Virus record (IMG/VR): IMGVR_UViG_3300026007_000036
Span: 1-24,638 of that record
DNA length: 24,638 nt
From: a virus
Taxonomy: Duplodnaviria; Caudoviricetes
Strand: one strand, 5' to 3'
Made by a program: the position numbers and the translations under genes
The notes under the pieces: generated by a model
The model's database searches: none
Seen by the model: only the letters and a program-made list of their open reading frames with translations
Told to the model about the DNA's origin: nothing
Shown here: positions 1-7,937 of the stretch, piece after piece
Numbering within the stretch: the first letter of the stretch is position 1
How the letters are laid out: the number at the start of each line of letters is the position of its first letter

Positions 1-258
1 TTGGCCTGCGAACGAGCCGGGCGTGTCAGTCAACGATAAGAAATCCGTGGAGACGGCAGCGAACTCCAGCGCGGTCTCGCCTGCGTTGACCGAGACGACC
101 TTTGATCCTTGGCCTGCGAACGAGCCGGGCGTGTCAGTCAACGATAAGAAGTCCGTGGAGACGGCAGCGAACTCCAGCACGGTCTCGCCTGCGTTGACCG
201 AGACGACCTTTGATCCTTGGCCCGCGAACGAGCCTGGAGTATCGTCCAAGCCGAGGAA
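1..258. repeat. 108-bp coding tandem repeat (two near-identical copies plus a degenerate partial copy; may continue beyond the edge)
   Basis: 1-108 and 109-216 differ at 2 positions. 217-258 is a diverged partial copy. Confidence 0.95.
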
Positions 259-294
259 CGCCGTGTTAGCTGTCAGTGCGGGATTGTAGGTCAT
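1..294 (-). CDS. Tail fibre-like protein, N-terminal part (runs off the left edge), with 36-aa tandem repeats
   Basis: Not in the ORF track. ATG at 294 is preceded by AGGAGA. It translates MTYNPALTANTAFLGLDDTPGSFAGQGSKVVSVNAGETVLEFAAVSTDFLSLTDTPGSFAGQ... with no stop to base 1. FLxLTDTPxSF/Y-type repeats are typical of phage fibres, and the strand matches the tail operon. Confidence 0.8.
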   Translation of the reverse strand, partial: MTYNPALTANTAFLGLDDTPGSFAGQGSKVVSVNAGETVLEFAAVSTDFLSLTDTPGSFAGQGSKVVSVNAGETALEFAAVSTDFLSLTDTPGSFAGQ

Positions 295-302
295 GGTGTC
301 TC

Positions 303-845
303 CTAGAGGACGTGATAGGTTGAGCCGTCACTGTAGAGCGTGACAGCTTGGTATTGCACGGTGAGGGGGAACGTGGCCGCGCCGTCGATGAGCCCCTCGG
401 TCGTCGCGTCCACAGTCACAGTGAACGTCGACAGGTTTTTGATGTGGATGGTCTTGCCGGCGACTTCGCCCGCGGGACGCATGGTCAACGCTATGGCGCC
501 CGCGGGGTTCGACAGCACATTACGATCGTCCCAGTCCAGAGTCGAGGCTGTGTTGCGCACGACGGGCGCGTCAGAGTCCTGCGCAGACTGCAGCACCCAC
601 CTCGAGCTCCCACTCGGGTGGTTCTTGTCGACGACGTAGAGCTGCAGCCCGAGCACTGTGTGGTCCACGACGGCGATGCACTCCTCGTGCATCGCAGCAG
701 GGAACGAAGCCTCTATGTCTGACTCATCGCCAGTGTGCAAGAACACCGGCAGGGGGCGATCAAACAGTTTGATGTAGTTGTTGTTGACGGTCGCGTCCCA
801 GCCGTTGAGGCCGTTCTGCACTGCGTCACGAGTAGGCTTGGCCAT
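303..845 (-). CDS. Tail tip / fibre-associated structural protein (180 aa)
   Basis: TAATG coupling to the upstream gene. The C-terminal ...GKTIHIKN..TVTVD...IDG......QYQAVTLYSDGSTYHVL pattern resembles beta-sandwich domains of tail fibre and baseplate proteins. Confidence 0.65.
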   Translation of the reverse strand: MAKPTRDAVQNGLNGWDATVNNNYIKLFDRPLPVFLHTGDESDIEASFPAAMHEECIAVVDHTVLGLQLYVVDKNHPSGSSRWVLQSAQDSDAPVVRNTASTLDWDDRNVLSNPAGAIALTMRPAGEVAGKTIHIKNLSTFTVTVDATTEGLIDGAATFPLTVQYQAVTLYSDGSTYHVL

Positions 846-3700
846 TAGATTCGCTCCACGGTGAGTTTCACAGGGTCAGAGAGCAATCCGCCTCGTCTCT
901 GGTAGACCCAGATTTGAAAGGTCGGTTCGCCGGCATGGTCGGCTAGGATGTTGACGTTGGTGTAGGTGAACGTGTTGGTAGCCGGGTTCTCGGTGCGCAG
1001 GAGCGTCGTGCCCGGCGCGTCGCGCACTTCCAGCACGAAGTCCTCGTCGGGAGAGGGCACGCCAGTGATGGCCGTGCCGGCGCCTTGCAGACCTGCGGCC
1101 GCGCTCTGCTGCTGAGGCGTGCCGTAGTCCCAGCGCACGGTGACATCGTCGCCGGTCTGGTAAGCATTTACGAGCTGTGGTGCGGTAACGGCCAATGCAC
1201 CAACCAACACAGGGCGGCCTGACAGCGCACGGCCATACAACTCGGCGCCGACCGGCATGTCGGCATCCAAGGGCAGCACGCCACCCCCCTGCGGTTGTGT
1301 CTTGGCAAACAGGTCTTCGAGCGGCACCAGCAGAGGGTCTTGGAACGTGAGCGCCCGCGCCTGCTGGAAGATGTAGACCTCGGCACCGGCAGGGTGGTCG
1401 AGCGCGAGCGTCTCGAAGCGCGCGCGCACGAGCCCGTCGAGTCGCCAAGTGCTACCGCCGATGGCAGAGATGTTGCGCAGGAAGCACAACTCCTGGCCGG
1501 CCGAGGAGTTGATGAGAGCCACCTGCCTGCCGAGTCTCCAGTTGGTCAGGTCGCTCGACAGATCGAGCACAGTGCTGATGTCTGGGCCGAGCGCGGTGAA
1601 CTCTGGCCCGTTCTCTTCTAGCACAAGCCCTCCTGGGTCATCACCGGCTCCTCCTGTGTTGGGGGCGGGCAGGGCCTCATCCAGAGTGCCTCCAGCAAAG
1701 AGGTTGAAGTCGGTGCCTTGCAATGTGTAGGTCACATTGTCACGCGAGATGTGCACGACGGCCGAGAAGATTTGGGAGTGTGCACGGATGCGCGGCACGA
1801 TGATGGTTTGCTGGTTGGCCCCGAGCAGATACTCGGACACTTCTGCAAACGTCTTCTGGAGGTCGGGCTCGACCGCTTGGATGTCTCCGGTCTCGGGAGG
1901 TGGCGTGTCCACAAACTGGCTCTTGGAGACGCCATAGAAGTCGGCCATCAACTCCAACGCGACGACGTTCGAATCCGGGTTAAGCTTGATCGAGATGACG
2001 CGCTGGATCTCAGGCAGTGCATCGACAGTGATGGCGTCCCCAGGCACGAGCGTGCGTGCGCCGCGGTTCGCTTTGATCTTGGTCACGACCCCGCCGGCCA
2101 GCTCTTCCTGGCTACGGCGCTGAGCGATACTGGACGCCGTCTCGAAGTCAGTCGTAATGGTGATCTGCACGTTGCGTGCGTGCTGCGTTTCGAAGTAGGA
2201 GACCTGCCCGTCGTCCATGACGGCGATCGTGCCGTCCCGGTCCACGAGGTTGCGGTCAGGAAACGAGAAAGTGATGCGGTCCGTTGGACGCTCCGCGTGA
2301 AAGACTTCGGTCTCCGGCAGCTCGCCCACGAGCAGGTCGCTGCGGATGCGATCCAACGTGCCGGAGGGCTCGCGGATCGCCACGAACTTGTTCAACCCGC
2401 TGTCGGGGTCGACGGGCATCATCACGCCTAGGTCTTGCAGCCCGGCACCGAGCACGGTCTGCACGCTGTCGCCGTCGAGCGCGATCCACGACGTGCGTAG
2501 GTTCTCATTGTTCTCGTCAAGCAGCACGCCGAGATCCTCCAACGAGTCCAGGTCGAAGGCCTGGAACGTGCCAGAAGTGGGAAGTCCAAGGCCCCGAGGC
2601 CAAGTGGAATGCAGCATCGTGTCGATGGCGTGTGCGCCGTTGATGCCGAAGTTCTTCTCTTGGTCGTAGGCCTGGATGGTGCCGGCGTCGTCACAGCCCG
2701 TCAATGCCCCATCGGCGAAATGCACGTTGGTAAACAAATCGAACGTGAAGAAGCCGACCTGCACCGTGAAGGCTTGAGAGAACAGCACCTCCAAGTCTTG
2801 GTCGGGGCAGGCATTGCCAGTCAGCCGCACCAGACTTTTGGCGGGGAACTTACTCACTTGGTTGTTGAGCAACACGAACTTATCTGTGGTGCCGGACAAG
2901 TCTACCGAGTCGATCGCGACCGTGGAGCCTGTCAGCGTGCGCGTCGGCAGTATGTGCTCCTCGGAGTTGGATAGGTTGGTGCTCTCGACGCGCACCTCGA
3001 CCTCGTAGTCGAGTAGCGGCCAGTTGGCTGCCGGCCCGAGGCGCTTATCGTTCCAGTGCACGTAGCAGTGGTAAGGCCAGCGGGAGGTGATTCCTACTCG
3101 GCTGCTGGATCCAAGCGAGGCGTTGGCCGGCTGTGTGGCCTCGCCCCAATAGATAGAGAAGCCACCTTCCTTGCCCAGGTCGATGAACGAACCAGACGGG
3201 TGTGACTCACGCGAGATCGGGCCCGAGAAGATCACACGCCCGTTGCTCAGAATGCGATGTAGGCAGAACGCCGGGCCCACACACAACAGGTGCCACCCTT
3301 CCTCGTGCCAGATTTTCTGCTTCGGGGCATCGCCAACCCCGCCCTTGCCGCCACCCCCGCCGGCTTCCTCTTCCGTGAAGCGCCGCAGACCGGCCCAAGC
3401 GAAGATGGGACCGACGCGGCGCACACCCAACACCCAGTTCATCCACGCGCCGCGAGTGACCAGCGTGGTCGGCTTGTCATCCTTGAGTGTGGCCTTGTTC
3501 TTCTGCCGCAACAAGTAGGCTGCAAGGAACGAGAGCGCGACACTGATCGCGATGGTCGCGAGCGTGACCAGAGCATATGCCGGCTCTCCGGACTGGACAG
3601 ATTGCGGCACGGCGTGGTGCTCCTTCAAAGCGAGCGCTACCACGGTCGCTAGCAGAACCATCCACGGTTTGGGAGTCAGCTTGATTGGGCGGAGAGCCAT
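845..3700 (-). CDS. Central tail tip / host-specificity protein (GTA megatron / lambda J-like, ~951 aa)
   Basis: Start moved from 3886 to the ATG at 3700, because the earlier part overlaps NlpC/P60 and reads as non-coding (3661 is an alternative). It has a hydrophobic N-terminus, a GGKGG motif, a Phage-tail_3-like middle (ITFSFPDRN...LVPGDAITV) and RLDGLVRARFET. It follows the hub and NlpC/P60 genes. Confidence 0.85.
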   Translation of the reverse strand: MALRPIKLTPKPWMVLLATVVALALKEHHAVPQSVQSGEPAYALVTLATIAISVALSFLAAYLLRQKNKATLKDDKPTTLVTRGAWMNWVLGVRRVGPIFAWAGLRRFTEEEAGGGGGKGGVGDAPKQKIWHEEGWHLLCVGPAFCLHRILSNGRVIFSGPISRESHPSGSFIDLGKEGGFSIYWGEATQPANASLGSSSRVGITSRWPYHCYVHWNDKRLGPAANWPLLDYEVEVRVESTNLSNSEEHILPTRTLTGSTVAIDSVDLSGTTDKFVLLNNQVSKFPAKSLVRLTGNACPDQDLEVLFSQAFTVQVGFFTFDLFTNVHFADGALTGCDDAGTIQAYDQEKNFGINGAHAIDTMLHSTWPRGLGLPTSGTFQAFDLDSLEDLGVLLDENNENLRTSWIALDGDSVQTVLGAGLQDLGVMMPVDPDSGLNKFVAIREPSGTLDRIRSDLLVGELPETEVFHAERPTDRITFSFPDRNLVDRDGTIAVMDDGQVSYFETQHARNVQITITTDFETASSIAQRRSQEELAGGVVTKIKANRGARTLVPGDAITVDALPEIQRVISIKLNPDSNVVALELMADFYGVSKSQFVDTPPPETGDIQAVEPDLQKTFAEVSEYLLGANQQTIIVPRIRAHSQIFSAVVHISRDNVTYTLQGTDFNLFAGGTLDEALPAPNTGGAGDDPGGLVLEENGPEFTALGPDISTVLDLSSDLTNWRLGRQVALINSSAGQELCFLRNISAIGGSTWRLDGLVRARFETLALDHPAGAEVYIFQQARALTFQDPLLVPLEDLFAKTQPQGGGVLPLDADMPVGAELYGRALSGRPVLVGALAVTAPQLVNAYQTGDDVTVRWDYGTPQQQSAAAGLQGAGTAITGVPSPDEDFVLEVRDAPGTTLLRTENPATNTFTYTNVNILADHAGEPTFQIWVYQRRGGLLSDPVKLTVERI

Positions 3701-4215
3701 AGAGTCTTGTCCGGGCGCACGATCGTGCACACCTGCTGGAAGTGTTGGAGGAGACCGAGGCCACACATTCGCACAGCGCGCGAGGTGGCCTGCCAGAGGG
3801 TGTTGCGGGCAGTCCCCACCAGTATAGCATGCCCAGGGCCTCCCTGCGCGTTGCCGGTGATGATGATGTCGCCAGGCTCGACGCACCGGTCGCCTGCTGG
3901 CAGGTCTACATGGTCGGGGTAGTAGCTGCGGATCAGGTCCACGACCTCCTGTGCCCCCGCCGGGTCGTGAAGGGAGCGGTCCTGGATCTCTCGCGGCACT
4001 TCCGTATGTGTGTCATACATCTTATCGAGCACGTCGCACACGAAGCGCACGCAGTCCACGCCCATGCCCGGCATGCGCTGCCCGGCCATGTAAGGTGTCC
4101 CCTCCCACCGCTGGAAGTTGGTTTCGAGTCGAGCAGTGATTTCGTCAGCGCCCTCGATCGCGAGAGGCTTCCACGACAGTCCTTGAGAGTCGTAGCTGGC
4201 GTTAGATGGATACAT
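3676..4215 (-). CDS. Tail-associated NlpC/P60 family peptidase
   Basis: WEGTPY...GVDCVRFV (catalytic Cys), PGDII and GHAILV (His). Canonical position between hub and tip genes. Confidence 0.9.
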   Translation of the reverse strand: MYPSNASYDSQGLSWKPLAIEGADEITARLETNFQRWEGTPYMAGQRMPGMGVDCVRFVCDVLDKMYDTHTEVPREIQDRSLHDPAGAQEVVDLIRSYYPDHVDLPAGDRCVEPGDIIITGNAQGGPGHAILVGTARNTLWQATSRAVRMCGLGLLQHFQQVCTIVRPDKTLWLSAQSS

Positions 4216-5105
4216 CAGTCCCCCTGTGGGTTCTCAGTGACCGGATGGTATGCCGGGATGGCGTGCCCGCTCCCGCCGAAGCCTTCGAGGTTGTCCCACG
4301 CTGTAGAGCCGCACCCTCCGTCCCCTATCTGTTTGTTGCAGCCGGGGAAGAATGTCACTATGGCCCCATCCCACTCGTTCGGGGGTTGACGCACTAGGTT
4401 GAACTCTTTGGCGACGAGGCCGTCGAAGGTGGTTTTGTCATAGAAGAAGATGCCGATATTGACGTTGTCGCGTCGAATGAATCCACGGGTCCAGCTTCGA
4501 GTGCCCGCGAGATCGAACTGCAGTCCCGCATCGGTGATGGAGATTACCTTGCCGTCGATTGTGATGTTGGAAGTGAGGGTGCTGTAGCTGCTCGGGGATT
4601 GTGCCCCCGACTCCGTGCAGCCCGGCCCATTCAAACGCCACGGGCAGTGCGCATTGACTTGGAAACCCAGGGAGACGTCGAGCTGCGTCTTGCGGTTGCG
4701 GATCTCCAGCACGCAGAGGCCGTTCCGCCCGTCCGCGTTGCGCCGGGTGCGATAGATGAGCCCGGATGCGATGAACTGCGTCGCGCCCGAGTCTCCGATG
4801 GCGATCGGGTCGATGATCTCTTCGACTGTGACCTGCACGGGTGCGAACGGAGTGCCGCGGGTGAGGGGGTCGAGGAACGTGCTGGAATCTGAGAGCTGCA
4901 TCTTGATGCGGGTCGCATCCTCGCCGAAGGTGCCCTCGTTCTTTGCAGGCTTGATGTCCATCTTGGGCAGCGATACAAAGTTGAGCCCCTGCGGGTCGAT
5001 GTCAGAGTCCCAGTTGGTGTAGCGTAACGTCTGCTCAGGGCTACCGAACTTGAACGTGACGAGGTGGTATTGCCTCTTCTCGGGAGTGTTGAGTGCTTCG
5101 GCCAT
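4215..5105 (-). CDS. Baseplate hub protein, DUF2163/BR0599 family (lambda gpL-like, four conserved Cys)
   Basis: LRYTNWDSDI N-terminus, CPWRLNGPGC, and PGCNKQ....GC...NLEGFGG C-terminal signature. Confidence 0.88.
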   Translation of the reverse strand: MAEALNTPEKRQYHLVTFKFGSPEQTLRYTNWDSDIDPQGLNFVSLPKMDIKPAKNEGTFGEDATRIKMQLSDSSTFLDPLTRGTPFAPVQVTVEEIIDPIAIGDSGATQFIASGLIYRTRRNADGRNGLCVLEIRNRKTQLDVSLGFQVNAHCPWRLNGPGCTESGAQSPSSYSTLTSNITIDGKVISITDAGLQFDLAGTRSWTRGFIRRDNVNIGIFFYDKTTFDGLVAKEFNLVRQPPNEWDGAIVTFFPGCNKQIGDGGCGSTAWDNLEGFGGSGHAIPAYHPVTENPQGD

Positions 5106-5113
5106 GTGCAGTC

Positions 5114-6784
5114 CTATGGATCCAGGGTCACGTCCTTCTCTTCGAGAAGGGAGATGGTCTTGACTTCGAAGCGCACCGCGTTGGAGTGGAACCAGCGCTC
5201 TTCGAATGAGTCTTCGATGTTACGCGTCGGGCGCGCGCGACCAGCAAGCACGACATCCTGGAAGGCGAGCCCTGTTGGCAGGGTGTCTACCAAGTTGATG
5301 CGCCACGCTGAGAGATTGTCTGCAATCGAGAGCACCTCACGCACGTAGCAGGTGCCGTCTTCGAGCATGAAGCCGAAGAACTCGTTGTCCTTCTGGAACT
5401 CGGTGAAGTCTCCGAGCTTGCGCACGTCGATGAACGTGGTCTCAAGGTCCAGCACGTCGAACAACATCTCTTGGTCGATCAGCCAGAACGCACGCAGGCG
5501 GCCGAGGCGCGTCTCGAAGAACCGGATGTAGTCCCAGGCCTTCTCCCGCTCCTCGAACATCTTGAAACGGTGCTTGACGCGCTGCGTAGCCCCGCGAGTG
5601 AAGGTAGCCTTGCCGCGACCCAGCTCGACCTGCTCACCCTCCTGAAGGATCTCGATGTTCAGCGCGTTGGAGTAGTCATGCCGCGGGCGTAGGATGGGCA
5701 AGCCTTGGTAGGTATCGAAGTTCTCGGGCAACCCTTCCGCGATCGGAGGGAGGGCCGTCGAGCCTCCGACTTCCTCGAACTCCATCTCCACGTCCCACAG
5801 CCGGCAGTGGTGCTGCTTGATGGTATCCAGTAGCCGCGGGTGCACGCAGACCAGCGGGACGAGGAATGCACGCCCAGCGACAATGTCGAAAGGCAGCGCG
5901 TCGGCCAGCACTAACTCACCCGTGCCTGGCTTATTGGTAATGGTGGTGACGTGCACGCCCGCCAAGTCGCCGTTTTCGTCCTGCACGTCCATGCGGTCGC
6001 CGATCACCTTGACCACGGCTACTCGGCCACCGATGAAGAAGCGCCGAAGTTCTGGCGAGACGACCGTGATGACGTTGGTAGTTGCCGATGCCCCTGCGGT
6101 CGTGATAGCACATTCGGACGCGAACGGAATCAACCATTCGTTGGTCTTCATGGAGCGCAGCGACTGGATCAGATCCATGAGGTTGCGCTTGTCGTCAAGC
6201 CCCTGCTCCGACCAACGCACTTTTAGCACGCGGCGCGGGCGCTCATGCATCTGTGTGCGGTCTTCGGAGAGACTTTCTGCGCCGCGTGACACGACTGTGC
6301 GGAAAACAGTGTCGAGGCGGAACTCGGAAGCGAAGTTGTGTGAGAAATAGCGCCAGAAAGCGGGCACCGGACATGCTTCGAGTTTGATGAAGCGGTGCGC
6401 CAGCACTTCGTGGCTGTGCCGGGAGATGACCACATTAGCCAGCGGGTCTGGCTGTTGGTCGTGCACAACTTCGGCGGCCATGCGAGTTAGCTTGGCGAAT
6501 TTGGGCACGAAGGCCAGCACCTCGTGGCTGTGCCGAGAGATGATGAGGTTGGCGTTCGGATCGGCAGCCTGATCGTGCACAACTTCCACGCCCATGCGTG
6601 TGAGGTTGGCTGCAGGCGGCACGAAGGCCAGCACCTCGTGGCTGTGCCGAGAGATGATGAGGTTGGCGTTCGGATCGGCAGCCTGATCGTGCACAACTTC
6701 GGCCGCGAGACGCGTCAGTTTCGCGAGTGGGGGAGCGTTCGCGAGCACCTCGTGGTTGTGGCGAGAGATCCGAAGATCGACCAT
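5114..6784 (-). CDS. Distal tail (Dit-like) structural protein with an N-terminal repeat array (556 aa)
   Basis: Position before the hub. It has two DUF2460-like halves (SEDRTQMHERPRR..; FFETRLGRLRAFWL). The N-terminal ~128 aa is repetitive. Confidence 0.75.
   Translation of the reverse strand: MVDLRISRHNHEVLANAPPLAKLTRLAAEVVHDQAADPNANLIISRHSHEVLAFVPPAANLTRMGVEVVHDQAADPNANLIISRHSHEVLAFVPKFAKLTRMAAEVVHDQQPDPLANVVISRHSHEVLAHRFIKLEACPVPAFWRYFSHNFASEFRLDTVFRTVVSRGAESLSEDRTQMHERPRRVLKVRWSEQGLDDKRNLMDLIQSLRSMKTNEWLIPFASECAITTAGASATTNVITVVSPELRRFFIGGRVAVVKVIGDRMDVQDENGDLAGVHVTTITNKPGTGELVLADALPFDIVAGRAFLVPLVCVHPRLLDTIKQHHCRLWDVEMEFEEVGGSTALPPIAEGLPENFDTYQGLPILRPRHDYSNALNIEILQEGEQVELGRGKATFTRGATQRVKHRFKMFEEREKAWDYIRFFETRLGRLRAFWLIDQEMLFDVLDLETTFIDVRKLGDFTEFQKDNEFFGFMLEDGTCYVREVLSIADNLSAWRINLVDTLPTGLAFQDVVLAGRARPTRNIEDSFEERWFHSNAVRFEVKTISLLEEKDVTLDP
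6398..6778. repeat. 114-bp (38-aa) coding tandem repeat, ~3.3 copies
   Basis: 6504-6586 is identical to 6618-6700 (83 bp). Protein unit: ISRH[NS]HEVLA..P..A.LTR[LM]..EVVHDQ..DP.AN. Confidence 0.95.
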
Positions 6785-6785
6785 G

Positions 6786-7937
6786 TTACGCCTGCACCTT
6801 CAGGCCCCACTGCATGTCCTTGGTCTGCTGTGCAGTCCAAGCCGATGCGGTAACCGGCTCCAATTCGAAGACCTCGAAGAATCCTAGGTAAGAGGTCTGG
6901 TTCAGCACGATGTCGGCGCCCTCAGATCGCACGTCAGCGATGTTACGATAGATCGGTCGCACAGTGCGGGTGCCGGAGTTCTCCATGCCTGAGACATGGT
7001 GGAAGATGACTCCTTGCACGTTGGCTGCCGAGCTGATAGGGTGCCCGGCCTCGACACCGGGAGCACCTAACTCGCCTGGGATCTGGAATCCCATCAAGAT
7101 GATGTCGTTCACGACGTTCGACGTCGCGCGACCGATGTCGTCCGAGTCACTGTTGGGCGGATCGTTCTGCGTATTGAAGCCCGAGCCTTGTCCGCCTTGG
7201 TAGGCCCAATCCTCTTGCGCTCCGTTGGAGTTGGGCACCACGCCCTGCACGAGCAAGAACTTGCCTGGGAAGTCGTTGTTGATGGCACCCGTGTCGTCCA
7301 TCATCCAGACGTGGTCCCAGCGCGCGGCGTTGCCTTTGACCTCGAAGTTCACCTCCAACTGATCGGCGCCTGCCACGCCCGCATCCGCGGTGTTGACGGA
7401 GACAGCAGACAGCACGGTGCTGAACGCTTGGATGGTCTGATTCTCTACGCGCGCAGCGCGCACCTCGAATGAGCCCAACACCCCGGTATTGACCGTGGCC
7501 TTGAGTTGAAAGATGGTCCACTCCTCAGCGTAGAACAGCGGAGCTGTGGCAGCGAGCACGGTCGCACCTCGTTTGACTTCAATGCCGTAGAGGTGTCCAT
7601 CGAGACGGCCGCCCGACGCCCCCGCCGGCACGATCTCCATGCGGAGCTGCTCAGTGCCTTGGCGGAACAGAGCCAAGCCCGCTTTCTGTGTGATGGGAGA
7701 CTGTGCGGCTAGAGGGCCGGAGTTCTGGAACGCGCCCTGCACGACCCAGGTGTTCTGCTCGGTGAGCTGCGGACCTTTGACAAACCCGGAGCCTTCCTGC
7801 ATGGCACGCACGGAGAGTAGTCCGGCGGTGGAGCCGGTGCCCATGCCGGACTGCGTTGCGAAGTATCGCGTGAGCTGGACAGAGTTCACACCCTGGAGGT
7901 GAATCTCGCCCATGCTCGATGCCCACTGAAGTGCCAT
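6786..7937 (-). CDS. Beta-rich tail structural protein, paralogue B (383 aa)
   Basis: The real start is likely the ATG at 7937 (MALQWASS), coupled TAATG to the upstream stop. It shares DHVWMMDDTGAINNDFPG and P.TASAWT motifs with 7937-8998. Confidence 0.78.
   Translation of the reverse strand: MALQWASSMGEIHLQGVNSVQLTRYFATQSGMGTGSTAGLLSVRAMQEGSGFVKGPQLTEQNTWVVQGAFQNSGPLAAQSPITQKAGLALFRQGTEQLRMEIVPAGASGGRLDGHLYGIEVKRGATVLAATAPLFYAEEWTIFQLKATVNTGVLGSFEVRAARVENQTIQAFSTVLSAVSVNTADAGVAGADQLEVNFEVKGNAARWDHVWMMDDTGAINNDFPGKFLLVQGVVPNSNGAQEDWAYQGGQGSGFNTQNDPPNSDSDDIGRATSNVVNDIILMGFQIPGELGAPGVEAGHPISSAANVQGVIFHHVSGMENSGTRTVRPIYRNIADVRSEGADIVLNQTSYLGFFEVFELEPVTASAWTAQQTKDMQWGLKVQA

Noticed and set aside
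1-258. 108-bp repeats as a CRISPR array or DGR template/variable pair
   Set aside because: The copies are contiguous with no spacers and stay in frame. There are only two mismatches, in opposite directions, and no cas or reverse transcriptase gene in the window.
23-289. Plus-strand 88-aa repeat ORF
   Set aside because: It is the antisense shadow of the minus-strand fibre gene, which has an RBS and a recognisable repeat.
3701-3886. N-terminal extension with HHHH in the 1013-aa ORF
   Set aside because: It is an alternate-frame read of the NlpC/P60 gene; the real start is likely 3700.
6398-6778. Constant 83-bp blocks with ~31-bp variable segments, resembling CRISPR
   Set aside because: The constant part is too long, the variable parts are homologous at the protein level, and the period is a multiple of 3 within a CDS.
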